From positions 40,952 to 104,951 of the IMG/VR virus record IMGVR_UViG_3300021963_000054: DNA of 64,000 nucleotides; one strand, given 5' to 3'. A program made the translations under genes and the position numbers. The stretch is from a virus. Positions 1 to 10,950 of this stretch are shown here, in pieces. The stretch's first letter is position 1. The number at the start of each line of letters is the position of its first letter. The notes under the pieces are model-generated. The model ran no database searches. It was given only the letters and a program-made list of their open reading frames with translations, and was not told the origin of the DNA.

Positions 1-1
1 T

Positions 2-1441
2 GTTGATTTATTCTTTAAAGCAAAAGATGATGGCAACTTGCCAGTGACAATGCAAATTCGTCCAACGGTAAATGGATTTCCATCTTCTGATTACTGGTAT
101 CCAGAATCTGTTGTGGTTAAATATCCATCACAGATTAATGTGTCTGAATCGCCAAGCGTTTCAATTGCAAGTACAGCTACCAATTTTGAGTTTAGTTTTC
201 CTGTTTATTTGAAACCAGGTCTATACGCACTAATTGTTTTGGCTGATACTCAAGACTACATTCTTTGGCAAGCTGAAAAGGGCGGAACAACTACCAACAA
301 TGAGTATGTTGATAAACAGCCATACATGGGTACTTTGTATAAATCACAAAATACCGCAGAATGGACTCCGTTTATTAATGAAGACTTGATGTTTAGATTA
401 AATCGTTGTGTTTTCACAACAAACAGCACTGCAACATATTACTTAAGAAATGAAGCATTAGGCAGCGTTACAAATTATGATAAATTGAGATTGATTACAA
501 ATTCAATTGTACCAGATGCAAAAGTTACATCGTTGACGCATAGCATCGCAACGACTACGATTTCGGGCGCAAAAGAATCTTCATTTAGAACATTGTCTCC
601 AGGACAAACATATGATTTCTCCAACGATGACTTATATCAAATTGGTTATCGTAGAAAGAAAATGCTCAATGCAAATGATTTTACATTGAAACTTGATATG
701 ACAACAACAAGTGATGCTGTGTCGCCAATCTTCTCATTAGAATCTGCTTATGTTAACATGTGGGAAAACTACATTGATAATGCAGAAATTAATTCTGAAG
801 ACTTCACAATCATTGCCCCAGGCAGTGGTTACAGTAATGCAAACTTGATTACTATCACAAGTTCATCTGGTACCGGAGCAAATGCTAACGTGACTGTTGA
901 CGCAAATGGTAATGTTATTGCAGTTTATGTAACATCGCCAGGTTCTGGTTATTTGGATGACTTTGAAATTTCTTACTATACGCATCCAACAACTCCAGCA
1001 ACAATCGTATTGAATAGCGAATATGATTCTACTGGTGGACCATGTTTAGCACGTTACATTACCAAGCCAGTTAAGTTAGCTGATGGATATGATGCTGGCG
1101 ATTTGCGTGTATTCCTTGGCGCAAACAAGCCAGGATCTTCGGAAGTTTCGGTATTTTATAAAGTATTATCTGATAGTGATGCAACTTCATTTAAGGATAG
1201 ACCATATCAGAAAATGGTATGTATTAATCCTACGGTAACTGCATCGCCAGATACAGAAGGCTTCCGTGATTATGAATATCGCCCATCTGCAACAGTAAAC
1301 GCAATTACATATACTGGCGAAAATGGAGTTACATATGATACATTTAAGACTTTTGCAATTAAAATTGTATTGACCTCCAGTGATCCAGCGATTGTGCCAA
1401 GTGTTAAAGACTTGCGTATCATCGCAACTCCTGCCGAGTAA
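2..1441 (+). CDS. C-terminal part of large baseplate/tail structural protein (DUF4815/VrlC-like), 5' truncated by window
   Basis: Frame is open from nt 2 (VDLFFKAKDDGNLPVTMQIR...). C-terminus FKTFAIKIVLTSSDPAIVPSVKDLRIIA and GSGY repeats are typical of this T4-like structural protein. Confidence 0.75.
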   Translation, partial: VDLFFKAKDDGNLPVTMQIRPTVNGFPSSDYWYPESVVVKYPSQINVSESPSVSIASTATNFEFSFPVYLKPGLYALIVLADTQDYILWQAEKGGTTTNNEYVDKQPYMGTLYKSQNTAEWTPFINEDLMFRLNRCVFTTNSTATYYLRNEALGSVTNYDKLRLITNSIVPDAKVTSLTHSIATTTISGAKESSFRTLSPGQTYDFSNDDLYQIGYRRKKMLNANDFTLKLDMTTTSDAVSPIFSLESAYVNMWENYIDNAEINSEDFTIIAPGSGYSNANLITITSSSGTGANANVTVDANGNVIAVYVTSPGSGYLDDFEISYYTHPTTPATIVLNSEYDSTGGPCLARYITKPVKLADGYDAGDLRVFLGANKPGSSEVSVFYKVLSDSDATSFKDRPYQKMVCINPTVTASPDTEGFRDYEYRPSATVNAITYTGENGVTYDTFKTFAIKIVLTSSDPAIVPSVKDLRIIATPAE

Positions 1442-1443
1442 TC

Positions 1444-1677
1444 ATGCTTGTGAAAGTTGAAGGTACCAATTTTATTAAAGATACCGGCACAAACGCCCTG
1501 TTGATGACGGGGCGGAATGCTTTGGTAGAAAATGAAGCAAGGAAAAAACTTGCCGATAGGATGAATGGCAAAAATAATGAGATAAATAACTTGAAGAATC
1601 AAGTGGAAGAATTGTCTTCGGATATGAAGGAAATTAAGTCCCTACTAAACGCATTGTTGAAACAGAGTAAAGAATAA
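1444..1677 (+). CDS. small coiled-coil virion-associated hypothetical protein
   Basis: 77 aa with heptad C-terminus (INNLKNQVEELSSDMKEIKSLL); its stop overlaps the next start (TAATG). Confidence 0.75.
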   Translation: MLVKVEGTNFIKDTGTNALLMTGRNALVENEARKKLADRMNGKNNEINNLKNQVEELSSDMKEIKSLLNALLKQSKE

Positions 1678-4600
1678 TGTCAATTAATAACATTACACGA
1701 ACAAATACGATTGATGAATGGCGCATCCAGACAAATCAATCTGCGACCGAACTTAATAAAATAGAGACTGGAAATTATGATAAATTTTCTGGCTCTCTTA
1801 ATATTGCATGTACCGCAGTTTTATCCATTACCGCTCAAGGAACTCCGCTTCAAGTTTCAAATAATGCACTAATTGGCACTCAACTTACCGTCGGTAAAGA
1901 TATTATTTTAGGTTCAGAAATATCTCAAACCGGTAATTTGTCAGTTGGCAATACAGTTTATATTTACGGTGGTGCAACGGCACTTTATGTTGCAAACAAT
2001 GTAATATCTAATGGCAGTCTTCTTGTTAGAAACACAATCACAACAAACAATGTAACCGTAAATTCAAACGTAGTTGTTGTGGGTACAGCAAACGCAGGAT
2101 ATTTAGGTGTAGCAAATAGTGGTTATGTTGGCACAACTTTAACTGTTATTGGAAATACAGCAGTTGGTAATTTGACAACCGCAAACTCAGTTGTTGCAGA
2201 CAATGGTCGCTTTAGTAATAACGTAACTGTAGAACATATCATAGCGGCTAATTCTGTTGTATCTTATGGCGCTAGAATAACCAATAACACAATTACAGGC
2301 AATTTAAATTCAACATCTGTTGTAGCTGATAATGCAAGAATCACAGCAAATGCTACAGCAACAGAAATAACTGTCACAACTCTAAATGCAACAAATGCTA
2401 GAGTGTCGGGAAATGCAAACGTTGCACACCTAACATCTTCTGGTTCTGTTGTTGCTGATAATGCAAGAATCACAGCAAATGCTACAGTTGCACACCTAAC
2501 ATCTTCTGGTTCTGTTGTTGCTGATAATGCAAGAATCACAGCAAATGCTACGGCAACTGAAGTAACTGTGACAACTTTAAATGCAACTAATGCTAGAATT
2601 TCAGCAAACGCAAACGTTGCACATCTAACATCTTCCAGCTCTGTTGTTGCAGACAATCTAAGAATAACAAGTCCAACTGCTTCTGCTAACATCAGCGGTA
2701 ACGTTATTGCCGGAAACGTAAATACACAAGGTATGGTGTATGCTGGTTCTTTAGTATCAGGTAAGACAGATGTTGGCGCATTAACTGTAACATCTTTAAG
2801 TACAGGTGGAGAGGCAACGGTTGGCGATTTAAATGTAACTGGCGATTTTGTATTGTCTGGTAGCATTGTTTATGATGCAGATATATTAACAATTAGCACT
2901 GCATCACCAATAACAACTACCGGAGAAGCATACTTTGGTGTATTCAGAGGAAATGATAAAGGCGGTGTATCTGGTGGATCTGGTGGCGCATCAGCAAATG
3001 CCAACGCATATATTCGCTGGAGTTCATCGGCTAACAACTGGCAAATTCGTGATGTATTCAATTCAGATTCCACAACAACATATTCCAAAATACTTACCGC
3101 AAATCTAATTACAACAAGTACTGCATCGGTAAGTAACAATGATTTTGCGTCTTCATGGTTAATGAAAAACTATGTTGATAATGCAAATACAAATCTAAAA
3201 AGTTACGTAGACACAAGTGCTATTCAAACAGCGGCTGCAAATGCTGGATTACTTGGTATCAATTTAAGCGCAAACATTGGTGCCGCTAGAATTGCTGATA
3301 CCGCAAATTCTGGTTTGGGCGATATCATTGTAATGGGTCGTGCTAATGGCGCATTTGGTGTTGCTAATCTCGCATCAAATACATTCAACGGAACATCAGG
3401 TTCTGCGGCACCAAGTAACGGCATAATTTCGTTTACAAGCACGAATGGTGTCACATTAGTCGGTGCGTCTAATACCATTACTGTTAATACGCCACAAGAT
3501 GTAAGAACAACGGCAAGTCCAACATTTAGCGGATTGACACTAACCAATGCTCTTCCTACATCACAAGGTGGTACAGGAGCAACTTCACCTGGCGGTGCGC
3601 TAACGAATTTATTACCAGCTGGCGGAACATCAGGATATGTTTTAGCGACTAGCGGATCAGGAACTTATTACTGGGCCGCTGGTGGTACTGGAGGTGGTGG
3701 TAGTGCAACTCCCGGTACAACAATTGTTTCAACGAGAACAACACCAACTGTTAATGCATCACAAAGAATATTCGCAACACCTATCTATCAAACTGGTACA
3801 GGTCAGTTAAGAGTTTTTATCAATGGTGTTAGACAGTTTGCATCCGAATATACTGAAGGCGCAAATAACTTAACAGGTGTGGCATCAGTATCATCAAATG
3901 GTTATTTTTCAACAACATCAGCAACTTCAACTCTTGTTGCTAACGCGGCTCTTGCGATTACTGGAACATTAACCGGAACAGGAACAATTACATCGTATGT
4001 TTCCGGAAAAACATATTATATAAGCAACATAAATGGCAATTTCTTCTCACTATCCGAAACTGTAGGTGGTGCGGCTATTACAACAACAGCAGGCACAACA
4101 ACTGGTCTTTCATTCACGACTGGACATAATGTAACATTAACAACTGGAACAAGTGCTGGTGATGCAATTTTACTTGAAGTTGATGCATACACGGTGAATC
4201 CTTATTACGCAAATAACATAGCATATGGACCTGTAACTGGCGAAATTGCCGCATCAGCAAATACCATTCAGTTGGCTATTGACAGTTTGGAATCAAGAAA
4301 GATTACAACAACAGCGGCACAAGCAAACGTTGGTGCTGGTCTAATTACAGTTACAAACGCATATCAAGCCAACGTTGGTGCGGCTAGAATTTCTGATGTA
4401 GCAACACTTCAAGCAAATACTGGTGCATTAAGTATTGGTTTAACTAATGAAATTTCTGGTAGACAAGCAAACGTAGGTGCGGCTGTAATCTCAGTCACAA
4501 ATGGTTATCAAGCAAATACAGGTGCAGTAAACATTGGTTTAAGTAACGAGATAACGAATAGACAAGCAAATACTGGTGCAGTAAACATTGGTTTAAGTAA

Positions 4601-5279
4601 CGAGATAACGAATAGACAAGCAAACGTAGGTGCGGCTGCAATTACTGTCACAAATGGTTATCAAGCAAATACTGGTGCAGCCTTAATTACTGCATTAAAT
4701 GCAAGTAACATTTCTTCGGGTACATTACCATCGGGTAGAATTTCTGGTTCTTATACTGGTATAACTGGCGTTGGTACACTCACAGCAGGGACTTGGAATG
4801 CCACTAGCATTAGTACAACATACACAGATGCTAAAGTAACTTCTGTTGCTAGTAAGACTGGAGCGGTTTCATTGGCGCAAGCGGACATTTCGGGATTAAC
4901 AACCGCCAGCAGTCCAACATTTGCTGGACTAACTATAAATGGCTCAATTACTGCTACTGGTGATATCACAGCTGGTTACTCGGATGATAAACTAAAAACA
5001 AGATTGGGTAATATTGAGAATGCTCTTGATAAAGTCTCGGCTATTTCAGGATTCTTCTATGAGCCAAATAAAACAGCACAAGATTTAGGTTTTGAAGTTA
5101 AGAGAGAAGTTGGTGTATCTGCACAAGAAGTTCAAGCAATTATGCCAGAAGTTGTTGTTCCTGCTCCAATAGATAATCAATACTTAACTGTTTACTATGA
5201 AAAACTTATTCCTCTGTTGATTGAAGCTATTAAAGAATTGAGAGCAGAAGTTGAAGAAATAAAAGGACAAATTAAATGA
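1677..5279 (+). CDS. long tail fibre protein with C-terminal intramolecular chaperone (peptidase S74-like) domain
   Basis: 1200 aa, N/T/A/G-rich beta-helix-like repeats and QANxGA repeats. C-terminal YSDDKLK...ALDKVSAISG...VGVSAQEVQAIMPEVV...YEKLIPLLIEAIKEL autocleavage signature. Confidence 0.85.
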   Translation: MSINNITRTNTIDEWRIQTNQSATELNKIETGNYDKFSGSLNIACTAVLSITAQGTPLQVSNNALIGTQLTVGKDIILGSEISQTGNLSVGNTVYIYGGATALYVANNVISNGSLLVRNTITTNNVTVNSNVVVVGTANAGYLGVANSGYVGTTLTVIGNTAVGNLTTANSVVADNGRFSNNVTVEHIIAANSVVSYGARITNNTITGNLNSTSVVADNARITANATATEITVTTLNATNARVSGNANVAHLTSSGSVVADNARITANATVAHLTSSGSVVADNARITANATATEVTVTTLNATNARISANANVAHLTSSSSVVADNLRITSPTASANISGNVIAGNVNTQGMVYAGSLVSGKTDVGALTVTSLSTGGEATVGDLNVTGDFVLSGSIVYDADILTISTASPITTTGEAYFGVFRGNDKGGVSGGSGGASANANAYIRWSSSANNWQIRDVFNSDSTTTYSKILTANLITTSTASVSNNDFASSWLMKNYVDNANTNLKSYVDTSAIQTAAANAGLLGINLSANIGAARIADTANSGLGDIIVMGRANGAFGVANLASNTFNGTSGSAAPSNGIISFTSTNGVTLVGASNTITVNTPQDVRTTASPTFSGLTLTNALPTSQGGTGATSPGGALTNLLPAGGTSGYVLATSGSGTYYWAAGGTGGGGSATPGTTIVSTRTTPTVNASQRIFATPIYQTGTGQLRVFINGVRQFASEYTEGANNLTGVASVSSNGYFSTTSATSTLVANAALAITGTLTGTGTITSYVSGKTYYISNINGNFFSLSETVGGAAITTTAGTTTGLSFTTGHNVTLTTGTSAGDAILLEVDAYTVNPYYANNIAYGPVTGEIAASANTIQLAIDSLESRKITTTAAQANVGAGLITVTNAYQANVGAARISDVATLQANTGALSIGLTNEISGRQANVGAAVISVTNGYQANTGAVNIGLSNEITNRQANTGAVNIGLSNEITNRQANVGAAAITVTNGYQANTGAALITALNASNISSGTLPSGRISGSYTGITGVGTLTAGTWNATSISTTYTDAKVTSVASKTGAVSLAQADISGLTTASSPTFAGLTINGSITATGDITAGYSDDKLKTRLGNIENALDKVSAISGFFYEPNKTAQDLGFEVKREVGVSAQEVQAIMPEVVVPAPIDNQYLTVYYEKLIPLLIEAIKELRAEVEEIKGQIK
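2421..2552 (+). repeat. 66-bp in-frame tandem duplication (VAHLTSSGSVVADNARITANAT x2) within a wider ADNARIT repeat tract
   Basis: 2421-2486 and 2487-2552 are identical except for the last base. Confidence 0.9.
4320..4679 (+). repeat. 8 QAN(V/T)GA repeats with 15/18-residue spacing, including a 54-bp tandem duplication
   Basis: 4509-4562 and 4563-4616 differ at 1 nt; motif spacings are 15,15,18,15,18,18,15. Confidence 0.9.
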
Positions 5280-6457
5280 CAACAAAAGTCACAGGTTCAG
5301 TTTTAGCGGATACCGCAGTTAGTGCGGGAACTTATGGCGGTACACAAACCCTTAAAGCATTTACTGTTGATGCACAAGGCAGAGTTACATATGCCGCAAA
5401 CATAACTTCCGGTGTTATTACTGCTGGAACAAGAGGACAAGGCGCAGATATTATTGTTCCAACAATTCAGTATAATGCATTGGGTCAAATTGTTGCGGCT
5501 ACAAATACTACAATTCGCACAGCAACAACTTCTGTTACTGGTGTTGTTCAATTAGCTGATTCTGTTTCTAATACAAGTACTACAGCGGCCGCAACAGCAA
5601 GTGCAGTAAAAGCCGCTTTTGATGCGGCGGCTTCAAATGCGTCAACTGCGCTATCTTCCGCACAAGCAAATACGGGTGCTGTAAATATTGCACTAAGTAA
5701 TGAAAGTTCAAGTAGACAAGCAAACGTAGGTGCAGTTGCCATTTCAGCCAAAAATGCTGATAATCTATCATCTGGTACAGTTGCATCTGGTAGAATTTCT
5801 GGATCATACACTGGCATAACTGGAGTTGGAACTTTAACTGTAGGATCAATACCATACGCAACAAGTGCTGGTAGCGCAAGTTCAGCAACAAATGCAACAT
5901 ATGCAACAAGTGCTGGTAGTGCAACAAATGCATCTGCGGCTACAAATGCAACATATGCAACAACAGCGGGCAGTGCAACTTATGCTTCAAGTTCTGGTGG
6001 AACAAGTAGCGTTGCTTGGACTAATGTAAGTTCAAGACCATTTCAATTAGTTAGTAGTGGTAGTTTTGCTATTACGGGCACAGATACATTTTATACATTA
6101 GCATCACGCCAATCATTCTTTCAAGACCAAGCTGGTATATTCATGTTATCTGTTTCTTGGGATTATAATTTTTCATATTTCAGAGGCGCATATATCATAG
6201 GGGCAACATATGGTTTAAATCAATTGGGATCAGTTTGGTATTTTCCACAACCCAACACCGGCTATCATTTAGGTTTTCCTGGCTCATATGGCGAATACGC
6301 AAGATTATATTACTATAATGCCGGCGTAGGTTCAACACAAGAATTTAGAATATATTTACAACAAACTACAGCTTACTATTATGGATCAATTCCTGGCGGT
6401 AGCGGAAATTGGTATCTACATAGAATTACTGATGGTTATGGCGGATATATTGGTTAA
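5276..6457 (+). CDS. tail fibre / receptor-binding-like protein
   Basis: 393 aa with fibre repeat ATTSVTGVVQLADS, ATYATSAGSA repeats and an aromatic-rich C-terminal head; shares SSGT..SGRISGSYTGITGVGTLT with the upstream fibre. Confidence 0.75.
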   Translation: MTTKVTGSVLADTAVSAGTYGGTQTLKAFTVDAQGRVTYAANITSGVITAGTRGQGADIIVPTIQYNALGQIVAATNTTIRTATTSVTGVVQLADSVSNTSTTAAATASAVKAAFDAAASNASTALSSAQANTGAVNIALSNESSSRQANVGAVAISAKNADNLSSGTVASGRISGSYTGITGVGTLTVGSIPYATSAGSASSATNATYATSAGSATNASAATNATYATTAGSATYASSSGGTSSVAWTNVSSRPFQLVSSGSFAITGTDTFYTLASRQSFFQDQAGIFMLSVSWDYNFSYFRGAYIIGATYGLNQLGSVWYFPQPNTGYHLGFPGSYGEYARLYYYNAGVGSTQEFRIYLQQTTAYYYGSIPGGSGNWYLHRITDGYGGYIG

Positions 6458-6466
6458 GGATAAAAA

Positions 6467-6913
6467 ATGGAAATAATTTACGAACTAGATTCCGGATGCA
6501 TTGTTAACAATGAATCTGAACAATATTTGACAAACGCTGGAGCAAGAGGTGCACTAGGAACAATAACAATATTACAAAATATTCCAACGGAAGAACTTGT
6601 TTTATATACAGTAAACACTACTACAAAGAAGATAGTTAAAGTTGTTAACTCACTACAAGAGAAAGAACATTTAACTTATTTGGATGGAGCAAGAGCCGTT
6701 CGTAGTATGATGTTATCACAAACAGATATTTTGATGGGGCAATCGGATAGACTATCTCTAACGGAAAAAGAAGCATTGGAACAATTCAGACAGGATCTTA
6801 GAGATTTCAATAAAGATTTGGAATTAAACGAGAATCATCATTCGGGCGCAAAAATACAATTAGTTTTGCCTGAAGTACCTGAAGTTCTTAAAAAATATAA
6901 GTTATTCTATTAA
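6467..6913 (+). CDS. putative tail fibre assembly chaperone
   Basis: 148 aa directly after a fibre gene; R..R..ML..TD...FRQDLRD..LPEVP resembles the Tfa-type YRQALRD motif. Confidence 0.55.
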   Translation: MEIIYELDSGCIVNNESEQYLTNAGARGALGTITILQNIPTEELVLYTVNTTTKKIVKVVNSLQEKEHLTYLDGARAVRSMMLSQTDILMGQSDRLSLTEKEALEQFRQDLRDFNKDLELNENHHSGAKIQLVLPEVPEVLKKYKLFY

Positions 6914-6922
6914 AGATAAAAC

Positions 6923-7255
6923 ATGGCTGCATTTTCAGAAATCGTTATAGAGCAAGGCGCAACATTCAACACTACAATTAATGTTGAAGATACAGCTGGA
7001 GCCGCAATTAATCTTTATGGTTATACTGCAAACTCCATGATGCGTAAATCATACTATTCCTCAAGCGCAACAACAATTACATCTACAGTAACTGGCACAG
7101 CAAATGGTGAAGTAACCCTTTCCGTAACTGCGGCTAATACTGCGGCATTAACTCCCGGAAGATATGTGTATGATGTTATCATTACATCTCCAACTTCCGT
7201 TGTCACACGGGTTGTTGAAGGAATTGTTACTGTTCTACCTTCAGTTACGAGGTAA
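6923..7255 (+). CDS. conserved T4-like structural protein (IEQGATF family)
   Basis: 110 aa with IEQGATF...GRYVYDV...RVVEGIVTV.PSVTR, a beta-rich family recurrent in T4-like tail regions. Confidence 0.7.
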   Translation: MAAFSEIVIEQGATFNTTINVEDTAGAAINLYGYTANSMMRKSYYSSSATTITSTVTGTANGEVTLSVTAANTAALTPGRYVYDVIITSPTSVVTRVVEGIVTVLPSVTR

Positions 7256-7257
7256 TT

Positions 7258-7512
7258 ATGGTCACAGCTAGAATCAATACTCCAGGAGTGATTGGTAAAG
7301 TTGCTGTTCGCCCAAATCAAAGAACAACAATTGCAGATCCAAAGTTTATTCCTAAACCAAATGTTGGTTTAGTTGAATTGTATGATACCACAGTTGATGC
7401 TCCGGAAGAGGGCGATGTTATCGCATATGTGGCTAGCACAGGAAAGTTTGAGAATCAGCCACTCGGTAACGTAAGTGTTCAAGTTCCAAGGATAAATGGC
7501 GGAGCTTTTTGA
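7258..7512 (+). CDS. small structural protein ending in INGGAF
   Basis: 84 aa, L.EL.DT....EGDVIAY....GKFEN fibre-linker motif, C-terminal GGxF. Confidence 0.65.
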   Translation: MVTARINTPGVIGKVAVRPNQRTTIADPKFIPKPNVGLVELYDTTVDAPEEGDVIAYVASTGKFENQPLGNVSVQVPRINGGAF

Positions 7513-7523
7513 CTTACCAAATT

Positions 7524-7531
7524 CATAAATA
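7524..7531 (+). promoter_or_regulatory. T4-type late promoter variant (CATAAATA)
   Basis: 7/8 match to TATAAATA in an intergenic gap upstream of a structural gene. Confidence 0.55.
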
Positions 7532-7566
7532 GAAGAATAAGAAGATTCCACAATTAAGGAACGATA

Positions 7567-9216
7567 ATGGCAAATACAGTAATCCAGTTAAAATATTCCA
7601 GCATAACCAACAAACCGCCTACACTTAATGTAGCGGAACCAGCATACTCTAGTGTATCCGAAACTCTTTGGATTGACAATGGAACTGGTGTCGTAGCGAT
7701 TGGCGGTAAAGCATATACTGACAAAATTGATGCGGCTGCCTCAGCGGCGACAGCTAACGTTCTTGTTAAGAGAGATACTACAGGTAACGCATCTTTCAAT
7801 TACATCACTGCTAACATTGTTGGTAGCATTTATGGTAATGCAACAAGTGCAGACAAATGGTATACTCCTAGAGATATTGGTGTTTCCGGTGATGCAACAG
7901 GTATCGTTTCTGTTGACGGTACAGCAAACGCTAATATTCCATTAGTTCTTTCCAACTCTGGTGTGGCTGCTGGAAATTATGGTGGTGCAACAAATGCCGC
8001 AGTAATTTCTGTAGACACAAAAGGTCGTGTAACATACGCGGCTAACGTTCCGATTTCTTCTACACTAAACTTCTCGGGCGATATTGGTGCGGCTCCAGGA
8101 ACATTATCTCTAATCTCCGATACCCTAACAATCAAGGGCAGTCTAAACGGCGGTATCAGTACCAATGCTGTTGATGCAAACAATACAGTACTTGTTAATG
8201 TTGATAATACTGTTCTTAGAAATTCTGGAAATCAATTTATCTCCGGCGACTTGTCATTAACAGGAAGTTTGTTTGTTGCTGGTAATACCACAACAGTGGA
8301 TACTACAACAATATCAACAGCAGACTCTTTAATTAGACTAGGCGCAAATAACACAGTAAGCGATGTTCTAGATATTGGTTTCTATGGCAAAGCAAATACA
8401 GGCACAGAAGTAACTCATCACGGTCTTGTTCGTAGAGCAGGAACTGGTAATGACTTCTTCTTGTTCAAAAATTTAAATACTGATCCAACAGCAAACGTTC
8501 TTGCTACAGGTTCAGTAACGGCTGCTAATACCGCAACATTAAGGGCTAACCTAACTGGCGGTATGATTTCCGCTCTTGCTAATACTATTGGTGTTGTTGA
8601 CGGTGGTACTGGCGCAGGCACATTTGCGACTGGTAGCATTCTAGTTGGTGATGGAACAAACTCATTAAAAGTACTAGCTAATACCGGTACAGCAGGAGCA
8701 TATGGTTCTGCATCTAATACATTAATTGTTACCACAGATGCGTATGGTCGTGTGTCAGCTATTACAAATAGTGCAATTCAAATTGATGCTTCAAACATCG
8801 TATCTGGTAATTTAGCAATTAATAGAGGCGGCACAAACAACGATTCTTACACAACTGGTGCCGCAGTATTCTATGATGGTACTGCAATTAAGACATTAGC
8901 AAATACTGGCACAGCAGGAACTTATGGTTCAGCATCTTATGTTCCTGTGGTTACAACTGATGCTTTAGGTCGTGTTTCGGGTGTAAGCAATACTGCAATC
9001 AATATTGATACAAGCGCAGTCGTTTCCGGCACACTAGGTATCGCAAGAGGCGGTTCAGGAGCATCTTCATTCTCAGTTAAAGGTGTTATCGTTTCTGATG
9101 CGGCATCAACAACTGGTGCATTGTCTGCATTGACTTCACCAACCGAAGGTCATCTATTACAAATTAATTCATCTGGAGCACCAACTTTTGCACACCTAAA
9201 TGGTGGAACATTCTAA
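7567..9216 (+). CDS. tail fibre-like protein with Mtd-N-like N-terminus
   Basis: 549 aa: MANTVIQLK..PPTLNVAEPAY N-terminus, repeated AG.YG.A....V.TD..GRV units, C-terminal LNGGTF; RBS AAGGA. Confidence 0.7.
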   Translation: MANTVIQLKYSSITNKPPTLNVAEPAYSSVSETLWIDNGTGVVAIGGKAYTDKIDAAASAATANVLVKRDTTGNASFNYITANIVGSIYGNATSADKWYTPRDIGVSGDATGIVSVDGTANANIPLVLSNSGVAAGNYGGATNAAVISVDTKGRVTYAANVPISSTLNFSGDIGAAPGTLSLISDTLTIKGSLNGGISTNAVDANNTVLVNVDNTVLRNSGNQFISGDLSLTGSLFVAGNTTTVDTTTISTADSLIRLGANNTVSDVLDIGFYGKANTGTEVTHHGLVRRAGTGNDFFLFKNLNTDPTANVLATGSVTAANTATLRANLTGGMISALANTIGVVDGGTGAGTFATGSILVGDGTNSLKVLANTGTAGAYGSASNTLIVTTDAYGRVSAITNSAIQIDASNIVSGNLAINRGGTNNDSYTTGAAVFYDGTAIKTLANTGTAGTYGSASYVPVVTTDALGRVSGVSNTAINIDTSAVVSGTLGIARGGSGASSFSVKGVIVSDAASTTGALSALTSPTEGHLLQINSSGAPTFAHLNGGTF

Positions 9217-9238
9217 ATTATAATGAAAGGATTTTATT

Positions 9239-9799
9239 ATGGATGTGAGATTACAAAATGCTTATGTAGAGGTTTTGCTTGGCAATTTTATGGAAGTTGT
9301 CAAGCAGAATTTAATGTTTCAAGCACAAATTGAAGTAAATAAGAATAGTTTACAAGAAGCAGAAGATTCAGTAAGAAGATTAAAAGAAGTTTCTGAAGCG
9401 AATATAACATATCAATCTCAACTTGTTGAAAAAGATAAAATTATAAATGAGTTAACGAGCGAAAGAAATAACCTAAAAAGTTCTTCAGGAAATAATGATT
9501 CTTTGAAACAAGAAAAAGATAGATTGCAAAGTGCAGTCAATGACTACATGAGACAATTAAAATCTGCACAACAAGAAGTATTGACGGTTAAGAGTGAATC
9601 TCAAAATGTTTTATTACAAAACAATAATCGGATTGAAGAACTCACTAAATATGTTGCAAGATTGGAAACTGTAGTTCCGGCAAACAAACTTAAAAAAGTT
9701 AAACTTGGTGAAGTTATTCAACCTGATACTTCAGAGATTACAGTTGAAGAACCTGTTCTTCCAATTGATGATGTTGTGAAATCTGGCGGAACATTCTAA
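9239..9799 (+). CDS. coiled-coil protein ending in KSGGTF
   Basis: 186 aa, E/Q/K/L-rich heptads; RBS AAGGA. Confidence 0.75.
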   Translation: MDVRLQNAYVEVLLGNFMEVVKQNLMFQAQIEVNKNSLQEAEDSVRRLKEVSEANITYQSQLVEKDKIINELTSERNNLKSSSGNNDSLKQEKDRLQSAVNDYMRQLKSAQQEVLTVKSESQNVLLQNNNRIEELTKYVARLETVVPANKLKKVKLGEVIQPDTSEITVEEPVLPIDDVVKSGGTF

Positions 9800-9809
9800 G
9801 ATTCGGTAA

Positions 9810-10919
9810 ATGGCAAATACAGTAATTCAATTAAAAAATTCGGGAGCATCAGGTAATACACCAAGCACATTAGCGCCGGGTGAATTGGCTATTAACTATG
9901 CCGATGGTAAACTGTATTATGGTAATCAAGTAAATACTCCAATTCTATTTGATGTTATAACTGAGCCTACCGGACTAAATCAAGAAATTCAATTTAATGA
10001 TTCTGGTGCATTTGGCGCATCAGCAAATCTAAAATTTGATAAAACAACAAAAACTTTAACTACCGATAAAATTGTTTCGGCGAATATTGAAGTTTCATCA
10101 AACTTAGTTGCTGATAATGTAATTGCACATACAGCATTGTATGTTGGCATTGCAGATATTTCCCACACTCCTCTAGCGAACTCATTAGGGTACTTCACAG
10201 GAAATTCTTCTCCGTATGTTCAAGTAAACATTGAGAATATTGATCCAGATGGTTCGGCTGATTGGGTTGCTACTGCTGACGTTGGTAGCGATTCAACATT
10301 CTACACAGACGTAGGTATTCAAAACTCAGGCAATTCAGATGGAACAATTAAACCACTAGATGGTTATTTGTTAGTACAAGGTAACACAGGTCAAATTGGT
10401 GGCAATCTTATAATTGGTACCATCTCTGGAACACCAGGGCAAGAAATTCGTGTTGTCGTTGATGGCAATGAAGATGCGAATGTAGTCTTAAAAATTAATT
10501 CTTCTGGTTTGCAGATGGTCAGAGGTGATATCACAAGTAATGTCACCACAAGAATTAGTAACGTTTCAAACTCAGCATTTGCACAAGCAAACTTAGCATA
10601 CAACGCAGCCAATTCCGCAGTAACGACAGGACAAGCCAACGTAGGCGCAGGATTAATTGTTGTTACTGGAAGAACAAATTTAGCATACGATAAAGCAAAT
10701 GCCGCATATGATTATGCTAATACACTTATAACAGGTGGTGCTTCTGGTGATTATTTTCCAACAAGTTCATATGGTTTCGTGTCTCAAAGTATAATTGCTC
10801 TTGTTTCGGATGACACATTCATACAGGGAGAATTAACTGGACCAGTTTATGATTGTTCAGATAATCCAATAACTCCCGAAGGCTTTTACTTGGAAAAAGA
10901 CCTTGGCTATTTAACGTAA
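9810..10919 (+). CDS. tail fibre-like protein with Mtd-N-like N-terminus
   Basis: 369 aa: MANTVIQLKNSG...PSTLAPGELAINYADGKLYY, IQFNDSGAFGAS linker, QANLAY repeats, ends DLGYLT. Confidence 0.7.
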   Translation: MANTVIQLKNSGASGNTPSTLAPGELAINYADGKLYYGNQVNTPILFDVITEPTGLNQEIQFNDSGAFGASANLKFDKTTKTLTTDKIVSANIEVSSNLVADNVIAHTALYVGIADISHTPLANSLGYFTGNSSPYVQVNIENIDPDGSADWVATADVGSDSTFYTDVGIQNSGNSDGTIKPLDGYLLVQGNTGQIGGNLIIGTISGTPGQEIRVVVDGNEDANVVLKINSSGLQMVRGDITSNVTTRISNVSNSAFAQANLAYNAANSAVTTGQANVGAGLIVVTGRTNLAYDKANAAYDYANTLITGGASGDYFPTSSYGFVSQSIIALVSDDTFIQGELTGPVYDCSDNPITPEGFYLEKDLGYLT

Positions 10920-10927
10920 CATAAATA
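10920..10927 (+). promoter_or_regulatory. late promoter variant (CATAAATA)
   Basis: Immediately after a stop codon, upstream of the 10951 gene. Confidence 0.55.
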
Positions 10928-10950
10928 GATTGATAATTTAAGGATATTAA

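Noticed and set aside
2300-4680. Tandem repeats as a possible CRISPR array
   Set aside because: Repeats are in-frame multiples of 3 inside a coding gene, without unique spacers or cas genes.
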